Assembly: GCA_003220935.1 (NCBI GenBank) | Contig: QHTT01000066.1 | Span: forward strand, 90,990-154,989 | Origin: Gemmatimonadota bacterium | GTDB taxonomy: Bacteria > Gemmatimonadota > Gemmatimonadetes > Gemmatimonadales > GWC2-71-9 | Direction of reading: 5' to 3' | Length of the DNA: 64,000 nucleotides | In this document: positions 38,920 through 48,505 of the stretch, piece by piece | Layout of the letters: every line of letters starts with the position of its first letter | Position numbering within the stretch: the stretch's first letter is position 1 | Made by a program: the position numbers and the translations under genes | The notes under the pieces: generated by a model | What the model was told of the DNA's origin: nothing | Database searches by the model: none | Seen by the model: only the letters and a program-made list of their open reading frames with translations

Positions 38920-39919
38920 GGTCGCGCTCTAGCGCTTCGTCGACGATCCGCTGGATGAACTCGGCGTAGCTCATCCCCGCTTTCTCCGCGGCGTTCGCCA
39001 TCTCGTGCTCGAACGCGATGAAGGGATTGGGATTGACCTCGAGCACGTACACTTCGTCGTCGTGCGTCAGCCGCAGGTCGATGCGCCCGTAGTCCTGGAG
39101 CCACAACGCGTGGAACGCGGTCGTGCAGATGTCCCCGATCTTCGCCGTGAGCTCGTCCGACAGGCCCTTCGCGAACACGTTCTTGATCTTCTTGCGCTTG
39201 CGGTACTCCTCGTCCCACTTCGCCTTGTAGGTCGCGATGCGGTGCTCCCCGTTTTCGGCTTCTCCGAACGTCATCTCGATGATCGGCAGCTGCTGGACCG
39301 TCTCGTTCCCGACCAGGCCGACGTACAGCTCCCGGCCCTCGATCAACTCCTCGACGATCGCCGCCTGGCGGAATTTCTCGTGGATGAACTTCACCCGCTC
39401 GGCCAAGTCCTCGTCGTTCTCGACCACCGATGCCTGCGCGATCCCGACCGACGCATCCTCGAGCAGTGGCTTCACGATCAGCGGGAACCGGAGCTCCGAC
39501 GGGCGCATCGGCTTCTCGCCGAGATGGCACTCGGCGAACGCCGGCACGCGGATCCCGTGGTAAGCGAGGATCTTCTTTGTCAGCGACTTGTTGCGCGCGA
39601 CGAGCAGGGCCGTGGGCGACGAGCCCGTGTAGCGGTAGCCGTGCATCTCCAGCACCGCCGCCAAGGCGTATTCGTGCCGCGCGTTGCGCCGGAACGACTC
39701 GCAGCCATTGAAGACGAGCTTCGGCTGGAACGTGGCGAGCCGCTCGAGCATCGGCTCGAGTTGTTCGGCCACCCCGACCATGAGGACGTCGTGTCCCTGC
39801 GTCAGCAGCGCGCGGGCCACGTCGTACTCCGCCTCTTCGACCTTCGCCTCCACGGCCTTCTTGTAGTCGGCGTCGTCCCATTCGGGGTGAAGGGTGTCGA
39901 AGAGGACGGCGATCTTCAT
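38912..39919 (-). CDS. ATP-grasp ligase (D-alanine--D-alanine ligase-like family)
   Basis: 335 aa from ATG 39919 (MKIAVLFD...). It has an ATP-grasp core (PLIVKPLLEDASVGI...ELIEGRELYVGLVG...RIDLRL...VYVLEVNPNP). The ATGA overlaps the MFS stop. Confidence 0.85.
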   Translation of the reverse strand: MKIAVLFDTLHPEWDDADYKKAVEAKVEEAEYDVARALLTQGHDVLMVGVAEQLEPMLERLATFQPKLVFNGCESFRRNARHEYALAAVLEMHGYRYTGSSPTALLVARNKSLTKKILAYHGIRVPAFAECHLGEKPMRPSELRFPLIVKPLLEDASVGIAQASVVENDEDLAERVKFIHEKFRQAAIVEELIEGRELYVGLVGNETVQQLPIIEMTFGEAENGEHRIATYKAKWDEEYRKRKKIKNVFAKGLSDELTAKIGDICTTAFHALWLQDYGRIDLRLTHDDEVYVLEVNPNPFIAFEHEMANAAEKAGMSYAEFIQRIVDEALERDHG

Positions 39920-41451
39920 CGCGGCCCTCGAACCCGCTGCATATCCCGCCCCACTGTCGTCAGCGCGATCAGGATCAGGAGCCCGCCGACTGCCCCCGCG
40001 GACGGAAGCAGCAGCATCGCGGGTCTCAGGCCGAACCGGTCGGAGAGATACCCGACGAGTGGCGGCGCGATGGCGTCGCCCGCGAGGTGCGAGAACAACA
40101 AGTAGCCGCCGATGACCGAGGCTCGCACCGCGGGCGGCACCACGTCCAGGATCACGGCCGAGAGGGGTCCGTTGTACCAGGTATAAAGGAAGAAGGTCGC
40201 GAACAGGAGCGGCACGAACAGCCGCAACTCGTCGACGAGCAGTAGGGCGGCGCACACCGGCCCGCCGAGCACGAACCCAGCCCCGGAGACCACCACGCGG
40301 CCCCCGCTCCAGCGCGTCAGCAGCCAGTCGCCGACCCGCCCTCCGAACAACCCGCCGAGCGCGCCGCCAGCGAGCCCCCAGACGCCGAACTGCCGGCCCA
40401 CGACCGCGACCGACAGGCCGTGCGCGCGCTGCATGAAGCTCGGCGCCCAGGCGATGAGCCCGTTCACGGCGAACGTCACGAGCGCGCCGCCCAAGAACAT
40501 CCAGATCAACGTCGGGGTTCGGAGCACGGTCGCGGCCGCTTGGAGAAACTCGCCGAACGCCGTCGCGGCGACCTCGCTCGCCTCGGTCGTGCGCCGCACG
40601 GCGGCGGGGACGAGCCGCACGACGGTCCAGATGATCCCGGCGCTCACGAACGCCGCGAACACCGCGGTCTCGATGCCCGGCGGCAGGCCTTCGAACAGAT
40701 CCAGCAGCCCGCTCAGCGCGGCACCGGCGAGCGCGAGCCCGATCAGCGGCTTGCCGTACTGCATCGCCTGTCGCCGCCCGCGCTCGAACCAGCCCTGGAG
40801 GGTGGTCGCCATCGGCGCGGGCGGGCGCTGCCGCGGCTCGCGCAGCCGCGAGGCGAGGATCGCCAGCAAGAAGCCCGGCACACCCATCGCCACGAACGCA
40901 GCACGCCACCCGTAGCGCTCGGCGAGCACGCCGCCCAGCCAGATACCCAGCACTCCTCCGAACGCCATACCGACGGAATAGACGCCGATCGCGAACGCCC
41001 GCCGCCGGCCCTGATAGAACTCGGCGATCAGCGCTTGCGCGGCCGGCCCGTAGCCGGCCTCGCCGACCCCCACGAGCGAGCGGCACACGAGCAGCTGCCA
41101 GAAGCGGTGGACGGCGGCTCCGAGGGCGGTGCAGGCGCTCCACAGCCCCACGCCGAACGCGATCACCGCGCGGCGCGAGCGCAGATCGCCGATCACGCCG
41201 AGCGGCAGCGCCGCGAGCGACAGCACGACGACGTACGCCGAGCCGAGCCAACCGAGCTGCTGGTCGGAGAGCGTGAGCTCGCGCTTGATGTGCTCGAACA
41301 GGGCGAAGATGACGTTGCGGTCGGTGTAGTTCAGCAGGTTGATGAGTGTGAGCAGGCCGAGGGCATAGGCCGCGTACGCCCCGGCGCCGCTGGCTTCGCG
41401 ATCCGCCCTCGCGTCCCTAAGGCCTGCGCCCAGCAGTGGCCGCCTCCGCAC
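39916..41451 (-). CDS. MFS transporter (Spinster-like)
   Basis: 511 aa and polytopic. Motifs are LNYTDRNV and GDLRSRR. The GTG start overlaps the upstream gene end by 35 nt. Confidence 0.85.
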   Translation of the reverse strand: MRRRPLLGAGLRDARADREASGAGAYAAYALGLLTLINLLNYTDRNVIFALFEHIKRELTLSDQQLGWLGSAYVVVLSLAALPLGVIGDLRSRRAVIAFGVGLWSACTALGAAVHRFWQLLVCRSLVGVGEAGYGPAAQALIAEFYQGRRRAFAIGVYSVGMAFGGVLGIWLGGVLAERYGWRAAFVAMGVPGFLLAILASRLREPRQRPPAPMATTLQGWFERGRRQAMQYGKPLIGLALAGAALSGLLDLFEGLPPGIETAVFAAFVSAGIIWTVVRLVPAAVRRTTEASEVAATAFGEFLQAAATVLRTPTLIWMFLGGALVTFAVNGLIAWAPSFMQRAHGLSVAVVGRQFGVWGLAGGALGGLFGGRVGDWLLTRWSGGRVVVSGAGFVLGGPVCAALLLVDELRLFVPLLFATFFLYTWYNGPLSAVILDVVPPAVRASVIGGYLLFSHLAGDAIAPPLVGYLSDRFGLRPAMLLLPSAGAVGGLLILIALTTVGRDMQRVRGPR

Positions 41452-42556
41452 GCGCGTCGCGGTCCGCCTTCGCCTCCTGGTACGCCTCAGTCAAGGCCCG
41501 CATCATGTCGGGTCGCTTGTGGTACAGCCGCTTCAGGCGCCGCGGCTTGCGCCGGGCGAGCGCGTACGCGGCGAGGATCGGAAAGCCGACCGTGTTATCG
41601 AGGTAGCAGACCACCGTGTCCGGCAGCTTGTCGGGGTCCACCTTGCCCCAACTCACCGCCTCCGAGGGCGTGGCTCCCGAGAGGCCGCCCGTGTCCGGCC
41701 GGGCGTCCGTCATCTGGAGGTAGTAGTCGTGCCCTTTTTCGCTGATGCCGAGCACTTCCTGGATCTGCGGCTCGGTTTGCAGCACAAAGTTCTTGGGGCT
41801 GCCGCCACCGATGATCAGCACGCCGCTCCGGCCGCGGTGCGTCTTCGCGTGAAACACGATCGCGGAGGTCTCGTTGACGTCGGCGCTCGCGTCGAACCGG
41901 AGCTGCGAGCCCGTCAGGGCCTGCTCCGCCACGTTCATGCCGATCGAAGAATCCCCCGGGGACGATGTGTAGATCGGGACGCCGCACTGGTGCGCCACGC
42001 CCAGCACGGATTTGCGTGCGATGCCGAGCGCCTGCTCGCGCTTGAGGATGTAGCCGCCCAGCAGGTAATGGTACTCGGCGGTGCTCATCGGCCGCTGGAA
42101 CTCCGGGCCCGCGGAGACTTCCCGAATGTAGGCGTCGGTCGAGAGCAGCACCTCATAGTCGAAGAAGATGTCGTAGATGCGGACGACGCCTTCCTCGCGC
42201 AGCTCCACGTCGTCGGCGAACGGGGTGCCGCGGTGCATCGCGAGCCCGAGGCCGAAATGGGCGTCGTGGTAGAGATTGGCGCCGGTCGAGACAATCCAGT
42301 CGACGAACCCCGCTTCGATCAACGGGATGAGAGTCGACATCCCCAGGCCCGCGGGCGTCATCGCGCCGGTGAGGCTCATCCCCACAGTCACGTCGTCCTC
42401 GAGCATACGCTCCGAGAACAGCCGGCACGCCTCAGAGAGGCGGCCGGCGTTGTAGGCGAGAAACGCGTTGTCTACGAGCTCCGGGACCGTCTCCCGGCCG
42501 GTGATGGGCTTCGGGTCGATGCGCTGGCCGCGCAGAAAGTCCTTGCGTGTGGTCAT
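41417..42556 (-). CDS. Deoxyhypusine synthase-like family protein
   Basis: Family-typical segments are [34 protein letters not shown] and [11 protein letters not shown] 42556 lies 4 nt after the LOG stop and is preferred over ORF-track start 42637. Confidence 0.8.
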   Translation of the reverse strand: MTTRKDFLRGQRIDPKPITGRETVPELVDNAFLAYNAGRLSEACRLFSERMLEDDVTVGMSLTGAMTPAGLGMSTLIPLIEAGFVDWIVSTGANLYHDAHFGLGLAMHRGTPFADDVELREEGVVRIYDIFFDYEVLLSTDAYIREVSAGPEFQRPMSTAEYHYLLGGYILKREQALGIARKSVLGVAHQCGVPIYTSSPGDSSIGMNVAEQALTGSQLRFDASADVNETSAIVFHAKTHRGRSGVLIIGGGSPKNFVLQTEPQIQEVLGISEKGHDYYLQMTDARPDTGGLSGATPSEAVSWGKVDPDKLPDTVVCYLDNTVGFPILAAYALARRKPRRLKRLYHKRPDMMRALTEAYQEAKADRDARAEAATAGRRP

Positions 42557-42560
42557 GGCG

Positions 42561-43307
42561 TCAGGCGTCTCCGTCGATGGCCGGGAGCTCTCTGCTGCGG
42601 CGCTCCCGGGCCTGCCGGATGATGGCGACCGCGTCACGCGCGGTATCGGTCGTGTGGAACAGATCCAGGTCGGTTGTCGCGATCTTTCCTTCCCCGGCGA
42701 CCCGATCGCGCAGCCAGTCCGTCATCCCCATCCAGTACGCCCGGCCGAACAGTATCACGGGAAAGTGACGGACCTTGCCGGTCTGGATCAGGGTCAGCGC
42801 TTCGAACAGCTCGTCCATGGTGCCGAAGCCACCGGGGAAGACGATGAACGCCGTCGAGTACTTCACGAACATGGTCTTGCGCACGAAGAAATAACGGAAA
42901 TTGATGGCCCGCTCCACGTAGGGGTTGAGCCCCTGCTCGAACGGCAGCTCGATGTTGCAGCCGATGGAGAGGCCGTTCCCCTCCTGGCAGCCGCGATTGG
43001 CCGCCTCCATGATGCCCGGGCCACCCCCCGTGATGATGGGGAAGCCCTCCTCGGCGAGCATGCGCGCGGTCTCCACCGCCTTCTCGTAGTACGGGTCGTC
43101 GACGGGCGTGCGCGCCGAGCCGAAGATCGTTACCGCGTTGTACACGTCCGAGAGCGTGTCGAACCCTTCGACGAACTCTCCCATGATGCGGAGCACCCGC
43201 CAGGAGTCGGTCCTCGTGAACGCGCGGCGCTCACGGGGGAGCTGCGTGAGGAGTCGTTCGTCCTCAGTGACGGCTTTGCGCTGCGAGCCGCTCGAGTGCT
43301 GCGACAT
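42561..43307 (-). CDS. LOG-family (TIGR00730) Rossmann-fold nucleotide-binding protein
   Basis: Motifs are [35 protein letters not shown] and [12 protein letters not shown] 43307 is used; GTG 43271 is an alternative. Confidence 0.85.
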   Translation of the reverse strand: MSQHSSGSQRKAVTEDERLLTQLPRERRAFTRTDSWRVLRIMGEFVEGFDTLSDVYNAVTIFGSARTPVDDPYYEKAVETARMLAEEGFPIITGGGPGIMEAANRGCQEGNGLSIGCNIELPFEQGLNPYVERAINFRYFFVRKTMFVKYSTAFIVFPGGFGTMDELFEALTLIQTGKVRHFPVILFGRAYWMGMTDWLRDRVAGEGKIATTDLDLFHTTDTARDAVAIIRQARERRSRELPAIDGDA

Positions 43308-44445
43308 AGTCGTCCTGCACGTTGTAGAAGAAGGGGGAAAGACGGACGTGACCGGGCCGCGCATCCGCGATGATCCCCGCCGCCGCAAGGTGGCGCACCC
43401 GGTCCGCGGGGTCCTCCATCGGGAGCATGACGATCGCCGAGCGGTCCTCCCCCCGAGCGGCCACCTTGGGCCGGAGGCCCATGGCCCGAGCGCGCGCGAT
43501 CAGGTCCTCGGTGAGCGCGGCGGTCACGTCGCGGATCGCAGGCACGCCGATCTCCTCGATATAACCGAGGCCCCCGAGCTGGGCGTAGATCGCGGCGAGC
43601 GATGGGGTGCCCAGCTCGAAACGCCGGGCATCCTCGTGCCACTCGAGCGACCGCGGCTCGAAGGCGAACTGGTTCCTGTGGCCGAACCAGCCGGCGATCG
43701 CCGGCGCGAGGGTCCGGGCCAGCTCGGCTCGCACGTACAGGAACACGATCCCGGGGCCACCCAGCAGCCACTTGAGCCCGCCCGCGGTGAGGAAGTCGAC
43801 GCCCGCCGCCGGCGCGTCGCACGGCACTTGTCCCACCGACTGATACGCGTCGATCAAGCACAGGGCGCCTTTGGCGTGCGCCGCGTCCGCGACGGCGCGG
43901 ATATCCTGGATCGCGCCGCTTGTGAAGTAGACGTGCGAGGTCGCGACCAGCGCGGTGCGCTCGTCCACGGCGCGGCCGATCGCCTCGACCGGTACGGAGA
44001 TCTGGTCGGGGCTCTCCACGACCACGAGCTCGATCCCGCGCCCACGCTTCGCGAGCCACTGGTAGGCGACGGTCGGGAAGTCGAGCGACGTCACCACGAC
44101 CTTGGGGCGACGCACATAGTCGAGCGACTCGGCCAGCACGGAGAGGGCTACGGAGACACTGGGCGCGAGCGCGATCGCTTCCGGCGCCGCACCGATCACG
44201 CGGGCGTAGCGACCGCGCAGCTCCGAGAGGGCGGCCCACCACACGTCATACCACGCGGACGCCCCGCGCGCCTGCCACAAGTCGACGAACTCCACCACCT
44301 TGTTGCGGGCGCGCTCGCCCAGCGCACCGAGCGAGCAGGTATTGAGGTAGATGCGGTCCCGAAAGATCGGGAACTCGCTGCGGTACCGGGCGAGCCGGTG
44401 CGCCCCGGCCTGGTGGCCCGTCGTCAGGCCGCTTGCGAACGTCAT
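43264..44445 (-). CDS. Aminotransferase class-V fold PLP-dependent enzyme (kynureninase / cysteine-desulfurase-like)
   Basis: 393 aa. YLNTCSLG at the N-terminus, LIDAYQSVG, and a candidate PLP-lysine in LTAGGLKWLLGGPG. Confidence 0.8.
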   Translation of the reverse strand: MTFASGLTTGHQAGAHRLARYRSEFPIFRDRIYLNTCSLGALGERARNKVVEFVDLWQARGASAWYDVWWAALSELRGRYARVIGAAPEAIALAPSVSVALSVLAESLDYVRRPKVVVTSLDFPTVAYQWLAKRGRGIELVVVESPDQISVPVEAIGRAVDERTALVATSHVYFTSGAIQDIRAVADAAHAKGALCLIDAYQSVGQVPCDAPAAGVDFLTAGGLKWLLGGPGIVFLYVRAELARTLAPAIAGWFGHRNQFAFEPRSLEWHEDARRFELGTPSLAAIYAQLGGLGYIEEIGVPAIRDVTAALTEDLIARARAMGLRPKVAARGEDRSAIVMLPMEDPADRVRHLAAAGIIADARPGHVRLSPFFYNVQDDYVAALERLAAQSRH

Positions 44446-44505
44446 AGGCGGTCAATATACAGGAGGAAAAGCACGGTCGACACGTCCCGACGTAGATTCC
44501 GTCGC

Positions 44506-44772
44506 ATGCCGTCCCCCACCCGCTGGTCGGCCCTGTTCGCGCGCCTCGCGCTCCGCGCCGCGGTCAACCCTCGATTGGCCCTCGACCTGTTGCGTCTCGT
44601 CTGGAGCTTCCGGGCGCGTGACTGGTACCGCCGCCCGCCGTTCTTACCGCTGCCGCCGGGTGAGTACACCCGCTGGCGCATGCTCACCGCCTACGGCGAC
44701 GAGCACGCCGTCCCGCCGGTCGAGGACGTCATCAACTTCGCCCGCTGGCGGCGCGAGACGATGCATGTATGA
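44506..44772 (+). CDS. Small hypothetical protein (Trp/Arg-rich)
   Basis: 88 aa. The ATG lies 7 nt after a TAGATT hexamer. The stop overlaps the queG ATG (ATGA). Confidence 0.55.
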   Translation: MPSPTRWSALFARLALRAAVNPRLALDLLRLVWSFRARDWYRRPPFLPLPPGEYTRWRMLTAYGDEHAVPPVEDVINFARWRRETMHV

Positions 44773-45746
44773 CTAAAGACGTCGAGCAGAATCGTCGCGC
44801 GAAGACGTCACCCAACATCGTCGCGCTGAAACGTCGAGCGCTCGAGCTCGGGTTCGACGCCGTGGGAGTGGCCCCGCTCGAGCCGAATGCGCACGCCGGC
44901 GAACTCGACGCATGGCTCGCCGCAGGCTACGCCGGCACGATGAGCTACCTGCACCGCCAGTCAGCCAAGCGAAAGCAGCCGGCCCGTATCATGCCGGGAG
45001 CCAAGGTCGCGGTCGTCACGCTCACAAACTATTTCCATGGGTCGACCGACCCCGGGGCCCTGCCCCGGGGTTCTGCCAAGGTCGCCCAGTACGCCCAGTC
45101 CGCCGACTACCATCGCGTCCTCGGCCACCGCCTGGAGCAGCTCGCCGCCGCGATTCGTGACATCGCGCCCTGGGCTCAGACGCGCGTGTATGTGGACGCC
45201 GGACCGGTCCCCGAGCGCGAGCTCGCGCAGCGCGCGGGCCTCGGCTGGATCGCGAAGAACATGATGCTCATCCACCCCGAGCTCGGCTCGTTCACCTTCA
45301 TCGGGGTCATTCTCACCGACGCTCCCCTCGCGCCCGATCTCCCGTTCCAGGCGGATCGCTGCGGCACCTGCCGCCGCTGCCTCGACGCCTGCCCCACGGA
45401 TGCCTTCGTCGCACCGCACGTGATGGACGCGCGACGGTGCATTTCCTACCTCACGATCGAGCACCGCGGGGACTTCACAGCGGACGAGCGGGCGCTCGTC
45501 GGTGATTGGCTGTTCGGCTGCGACGTCTGCCAGGATGTGTGTCCGTGGAACGTACAGTTCGCCCGGGCGACCGCCGATCCGGCGCTCGCTCCTCGCTCAG
45601 ACCTCGCCGCCCCCGACGCACACGAGTTCCTGGAAATGGACGAGGAAACGTTCGCGCAACGCTACGGCGACACGCCGCTCGAGCGGCCGGGCCGCCGCGG
45701 GATGCGGCGCAATGCCGCCGCCACGCTCGGCGGGACGGGGCCGTGA
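44769..45746 (+). CDS. queG: Epoxyqueuosine reductase
   Basis: 325 aa. Motifs are YAQSADYH, GLGWIAKN, two 4Fe-4S motifs (CGTCRRCLDACP, CDVCQDVCP) and CISYLTIE. Confidence 0.92.
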   Translation: MTKDVEQNRRAKTSPNIVALKRRALELGFDAVGVAPLEPNAHAGELDAWLAAGYAGTMSYLHRQSAKRKQPARIMPGAKVAVVTLTNYFHGSTDPGALPRGSAKVAQYAQSADYHRVLGHRLEQLAAAIRDIAPWAQTRVYVDAGPVPERELAQRAGLGWIAKNMMLIHPELGSFTFIGVILTDAPLAPDLPFQADRCGTCRRCLDACPTDAFVAPHVMDARRCISYLTIEHRGDFTADERALVGDWLFGCDVCQDVCPWNVQFARATADPALAPRSDLAAPDAHEFLEMDEETFAQRYGDTPLERPGRRGMRRNAAATLGGTGP

Positions 45747-46006
45747 GCGAGGAGATCAGCGAGATCCAGCGCCGGCTGGCGGACGGGCTCGCCAAGATCG
45801 ATCCCCACCACCGTCTCCTCGGCCGGCCGGTGCATTACCGGATCATCGATGGGACGACCCTGGAGATTACCTACCGGGACGTGCCGGGGATCGCCGAAGG
45901 CGAGGTCCTCGGCGTCAAGCGGCTGCTCCCACACGACTGTTTCTGCAGCGTGTCGCCACAGACGGCGGAGTGCGTGACGGTGCGATTCGTGGTGTCGCTG
46001 AAATAG
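45743..46006 (+). CDS. Small hypothetical protein
   Basis: 87 aa. The GTG start overlaps the queG TGA (GTGA). Composition looks natural. Confidence 0.5.
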   Translation: MSEEISEIQRRLADGLAKIDPHHRLLGRPVHYRIIDGTTLEITYRDVPGIAEGEVLGVKRLLPHDCFCSVSPQTAECVTVRFVVSLK

Positions 46007-46008
46007 AA

Positions 46009-46075
46009 GTCAGACGTTAGACATCAGATGGTCAGATCTATCTGACGTCTGACGTCTGATGTCTGAGGTCTCACG
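46009..46075. repeat. Heptamer array: five direct TCTGAYG-type units facing four inverted copies; long imperfect palindrome and likely bidirectional terminator
   Basis: Direct units are 46041-46047, 46048-46054, 46055-46061, 46062-46068 and 46069-46075 (tctgacg, tctgacg, tctgatg, tctgagg, tctcacg). Inverted units lie at 46008-46036. The centre is GTCAGAT-ct-ATCTGAC. Confidence 0.8.
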
Positions 46076-46955
46076 TTGACCTCTCCAATCGAATGACCGG
46101 CAGCTCAGGTGGATTCCCCCATCTCATCGGAATGGCGGCGGTGCCGACTCCCGCCGATACGTAGAGCCACGTCGCCCCGACCCGCTTGAGGCCGTGCATG
46201 TAGCGCCCCCCGAACTGCGACGGCACCAGAAGCGGGCCCAGCAACGGCAGGTGGAGCTGGCCGTTGTGCGTGTGCCCCGACAGCATCACGTCCACCCGCA
46301 GTCCGATGGGGAGGTACTCGATGAGATCGGGGTTATGAGAGAGCAGGATGCGGGGGACCTCGGGTGCGACACCGGCGAGTGCCTCGTCGGGACGGGTAGC
46401 GCCGTGGCTAAAATCGTCCACGCCGGCCACGGCCAGGGTGGCCGCCCCGCGCCGCACGAGGACGTGGCGGTTGGTGAGTAACGCAACGCTGGCGCGCGCG
46501 AGCACGGCGCCGACCGCGTCCGGCCCGACCCAGTGGTCGTGATTGCCGAGCACGGCCACCACACCGTCGCGCGCGCGGAACCGAGCGAGCACGGACGCGA
46601 GCCCATCGAGATCACGCTTCACGTGGCTCACGAAATCCCCGCCCAGGGCGACGAGATCAGGCGCGAGCTCCGCGGCGCGGTCCGCCACACGCGCGAGCCA
46701 GGAGGCCGGCACCACCGGGCCGCGGTGCAGATCCGTGACGAGCGCGATGCGGTAGCCGTCGAGCTCCGGCAGAAGACCAGGGATCGGCACGCCGACCTCG
46801 GGCGTCAGGAGCGGCCGCCCATTCCAGCGCGCCAGCGGCGCGCACAGGTGCTCCACCACCCAGCCGATCGGCACCTTCACCGCGCGCTCGAATGCGGGCG
46901 CGCGCCCGTCGCGGCTGGGCGGGTGTCGCCGGGGATAGAAGAGCGGCCCGATCAC
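46071..46955 (-). CDS. Metallophosphoesterase (calcineurin-like)
   Basis: 294 aa with motifs DLH, GGDF, GNHD and GHTHNG. Confidence 0.88.
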   Translation of the reverse strand: MIGPLFYPRRHPPSRDGRAPAFERAVKVPIGWVVEHLCAPLARWNGRPLLTPEVGVPIPGLLPELDGYRIALVTDLHRGPVVPASWLARVADRAAELAPDLVALGGDFVSHVKRDLDGLASVLARFRARDGVVAVLGNHDHWVGPDAVGAVLARASVALLTNRHVLVRRGAATLAVAGVDDFSHGATRPDEALAGVAPEVPRILLSHNPDLIEYLPIGLRVDVMLSGHTHNGQLHLPLLGPLLVPSQFGGRYMHGLKRVGATWLYVSAGVGTAAIPMRWGNPPELPVIRLERST

Positions 46956-48424
46956 CTCGCGACGACGCGCGACACGACGTCGTACATGAAGTGGACGCCA
47001 AACGTCAGGTCATCGAAGCTCACCCGCTCGTCGTTACCGTGCACGCCGCGCGACTCGACCTGGTTGAGCGGAAACGGTGACAGCCCGTAGCTCACGATCC
47101 CCAAGCGCCGGAAGTAGTGGCTGTCCGTGAATCCGGTGAGCGGCGGCGTCGTGACGAGGGCGTCGGGGTCGCGCGCGCGCGCCGCCGCCACGATCGCCCG
47201 GAACAGCTCGGTGTCGGCCGAGCTCTCCGTGGCCGGCCAGTTCGGCCCCTGGGGCGTGATGGTCACGGCGCTGTCGTTCACCACCCGTACGAGCTCGGCA
47301 AGGAAGGCCGCCGGCTCCTGCGCCGGCAAGAGGCGCACGTCGAGCGCCGCCGATGCGACGGGCGGGATCACGTTCGTCTTGTCGCTCCCCTTCAAGCCAG
47401 TGATCGAAATCGTGTTTCGTAGCAGCGCGTTGTAGGTGAGGTCCGCCGTGAGCGCCCGGATGGCCGTGGAATCCCGCAACGCCGCCCGCACGTCCGCGAG
47501 CCAGGCCCGCCGTGTCGCATCGGTCTCGATCGTCGACAGATCGTGGAGGTAGCGCTCCACCGTCGGCGTCACCACCAGCGGCGTCTGCCAGCTCGCGATC
47601 CGGTTCAGCGCTCGCACCAGCCGGTGCACCGGATTGTCCGGGGTGGGACGCGATCCATGCCCCGCCGTTCCCCTCGCCGAGACGTTGAGCCAGAACGGGG
47701 ACTTCTCCGTCGTGCCGACGCCATAGTACTCGATGCGACCCCGCGCGTCGGCGCGGATCGTCCCGCCTTCGTTGATCAGGAACTCCGCGTCCTGGATCAG
47801 GTCGGGATGGTTCTCCACGAACCACCCCGCCCCCACCCCTGCACCGATCTCCTCGTCCGACGTCGCAAGAAAGATGACGTCGCGCCGGAGCGGGACCTGC
47901 GCGCGCTTGAGAATGATCAGCGTCATCAGCTGGGCGATCGCCTCCCCCTTCATGTCGAGCGCGCCACGCCCCCAGACGTAGCCGTCCTTCACCACGCCGC
48001 CGAACGGGTCCACCTTCCAATACTCCGGGCTGGCGAGCACTACGTCCATGTGATTGAGGAAGATCAGCGGCCGTCCGCTCCCGTCCCCGCGTACGCGCGC
48101 GTACAAGTTGGCCTTGCCGGGCCCGGGCTCGAACACCTGTGACTCGATCCCTTCTCGTGCCAGCACCTGCTTCACCCATTCTGCTGCCTTGAGCTCGTTC
48201 CCCGGCGGATTCGTGGTGTTGATGGCGATGTACTGCGACAGCAGCGTCGCCGCTTCTCTCCCCGCCGCCTGCCACTCCTCTTCGCTCTTGGGCACGCCTT
48301 CGCGGAATAGCTGCGGGGGGAGCAGCACGGGCTGCGAGGAAGGGCCCATGAGCGACGGCCGGGGATGCCGGGCGCAGCCCACGAAGCAAAGACAGGACAG
48401 CCCCACCAGCGCGTGACGACGCAA
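46952..48424 (-). CDS. Lipoprotein M20-family metallopeptidase
   Basis: 490 aa. Lipobox CFVGC. Motifs are NHMDVV, GALDMKG, TSDEEIG and NEGG. TTG start with GGAGG 5 nt upstream. Confidence 0.88.
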   Translation of the reverse strand: MRRHALVGLSCLCFVGCARHPRPSLMGPSSQPVLLPPQLFREGVPKSEEEWQAAGREAATLLSQYIAINTTNPPGNELKAAEWVKQVLAREGIESQVFEPGPGKANLYARVRGDGSGRPLIFLNHMDVVLASPEYWKVDPFGGVVKDGYVWGRGALDMKGEAIAQLMTLIILKRAQVPLRRDVIFLATSDEEIGAGVGAGWFVENHPDLIQDAEFLINEGGTIRADARGRIEYYGVGTTEKSPFWLNVSARGTAGHGSRPTPDNPVHRLVRALNRIASWQTPLVVTPTVERYLHDLSTIETDATRRAWLADVRAALRDSTAIRALTADLTYNALLRNTISITGLKGSDKTNVIPPVASAALDVRLLPAQEPAAFLAELVRVVNDSAVTITPQGPNWPATESSADTELFRAIVAAARARDPDALVTTPPLTGFTDSHYFRRLGIVSYGLSPFPLNQVESRGVHGNDERVSFDDLTFGVHFMYDVVSRVVAR

Positions 48425-48505
48425 CGCTGCCTCCGGAAAGAGATGGCTCGGGACGGCGGAAGCTAGGGGCGCGCGGCGCGCGCGGCGAGTCCCCTGCCCG
48501 GCCCG

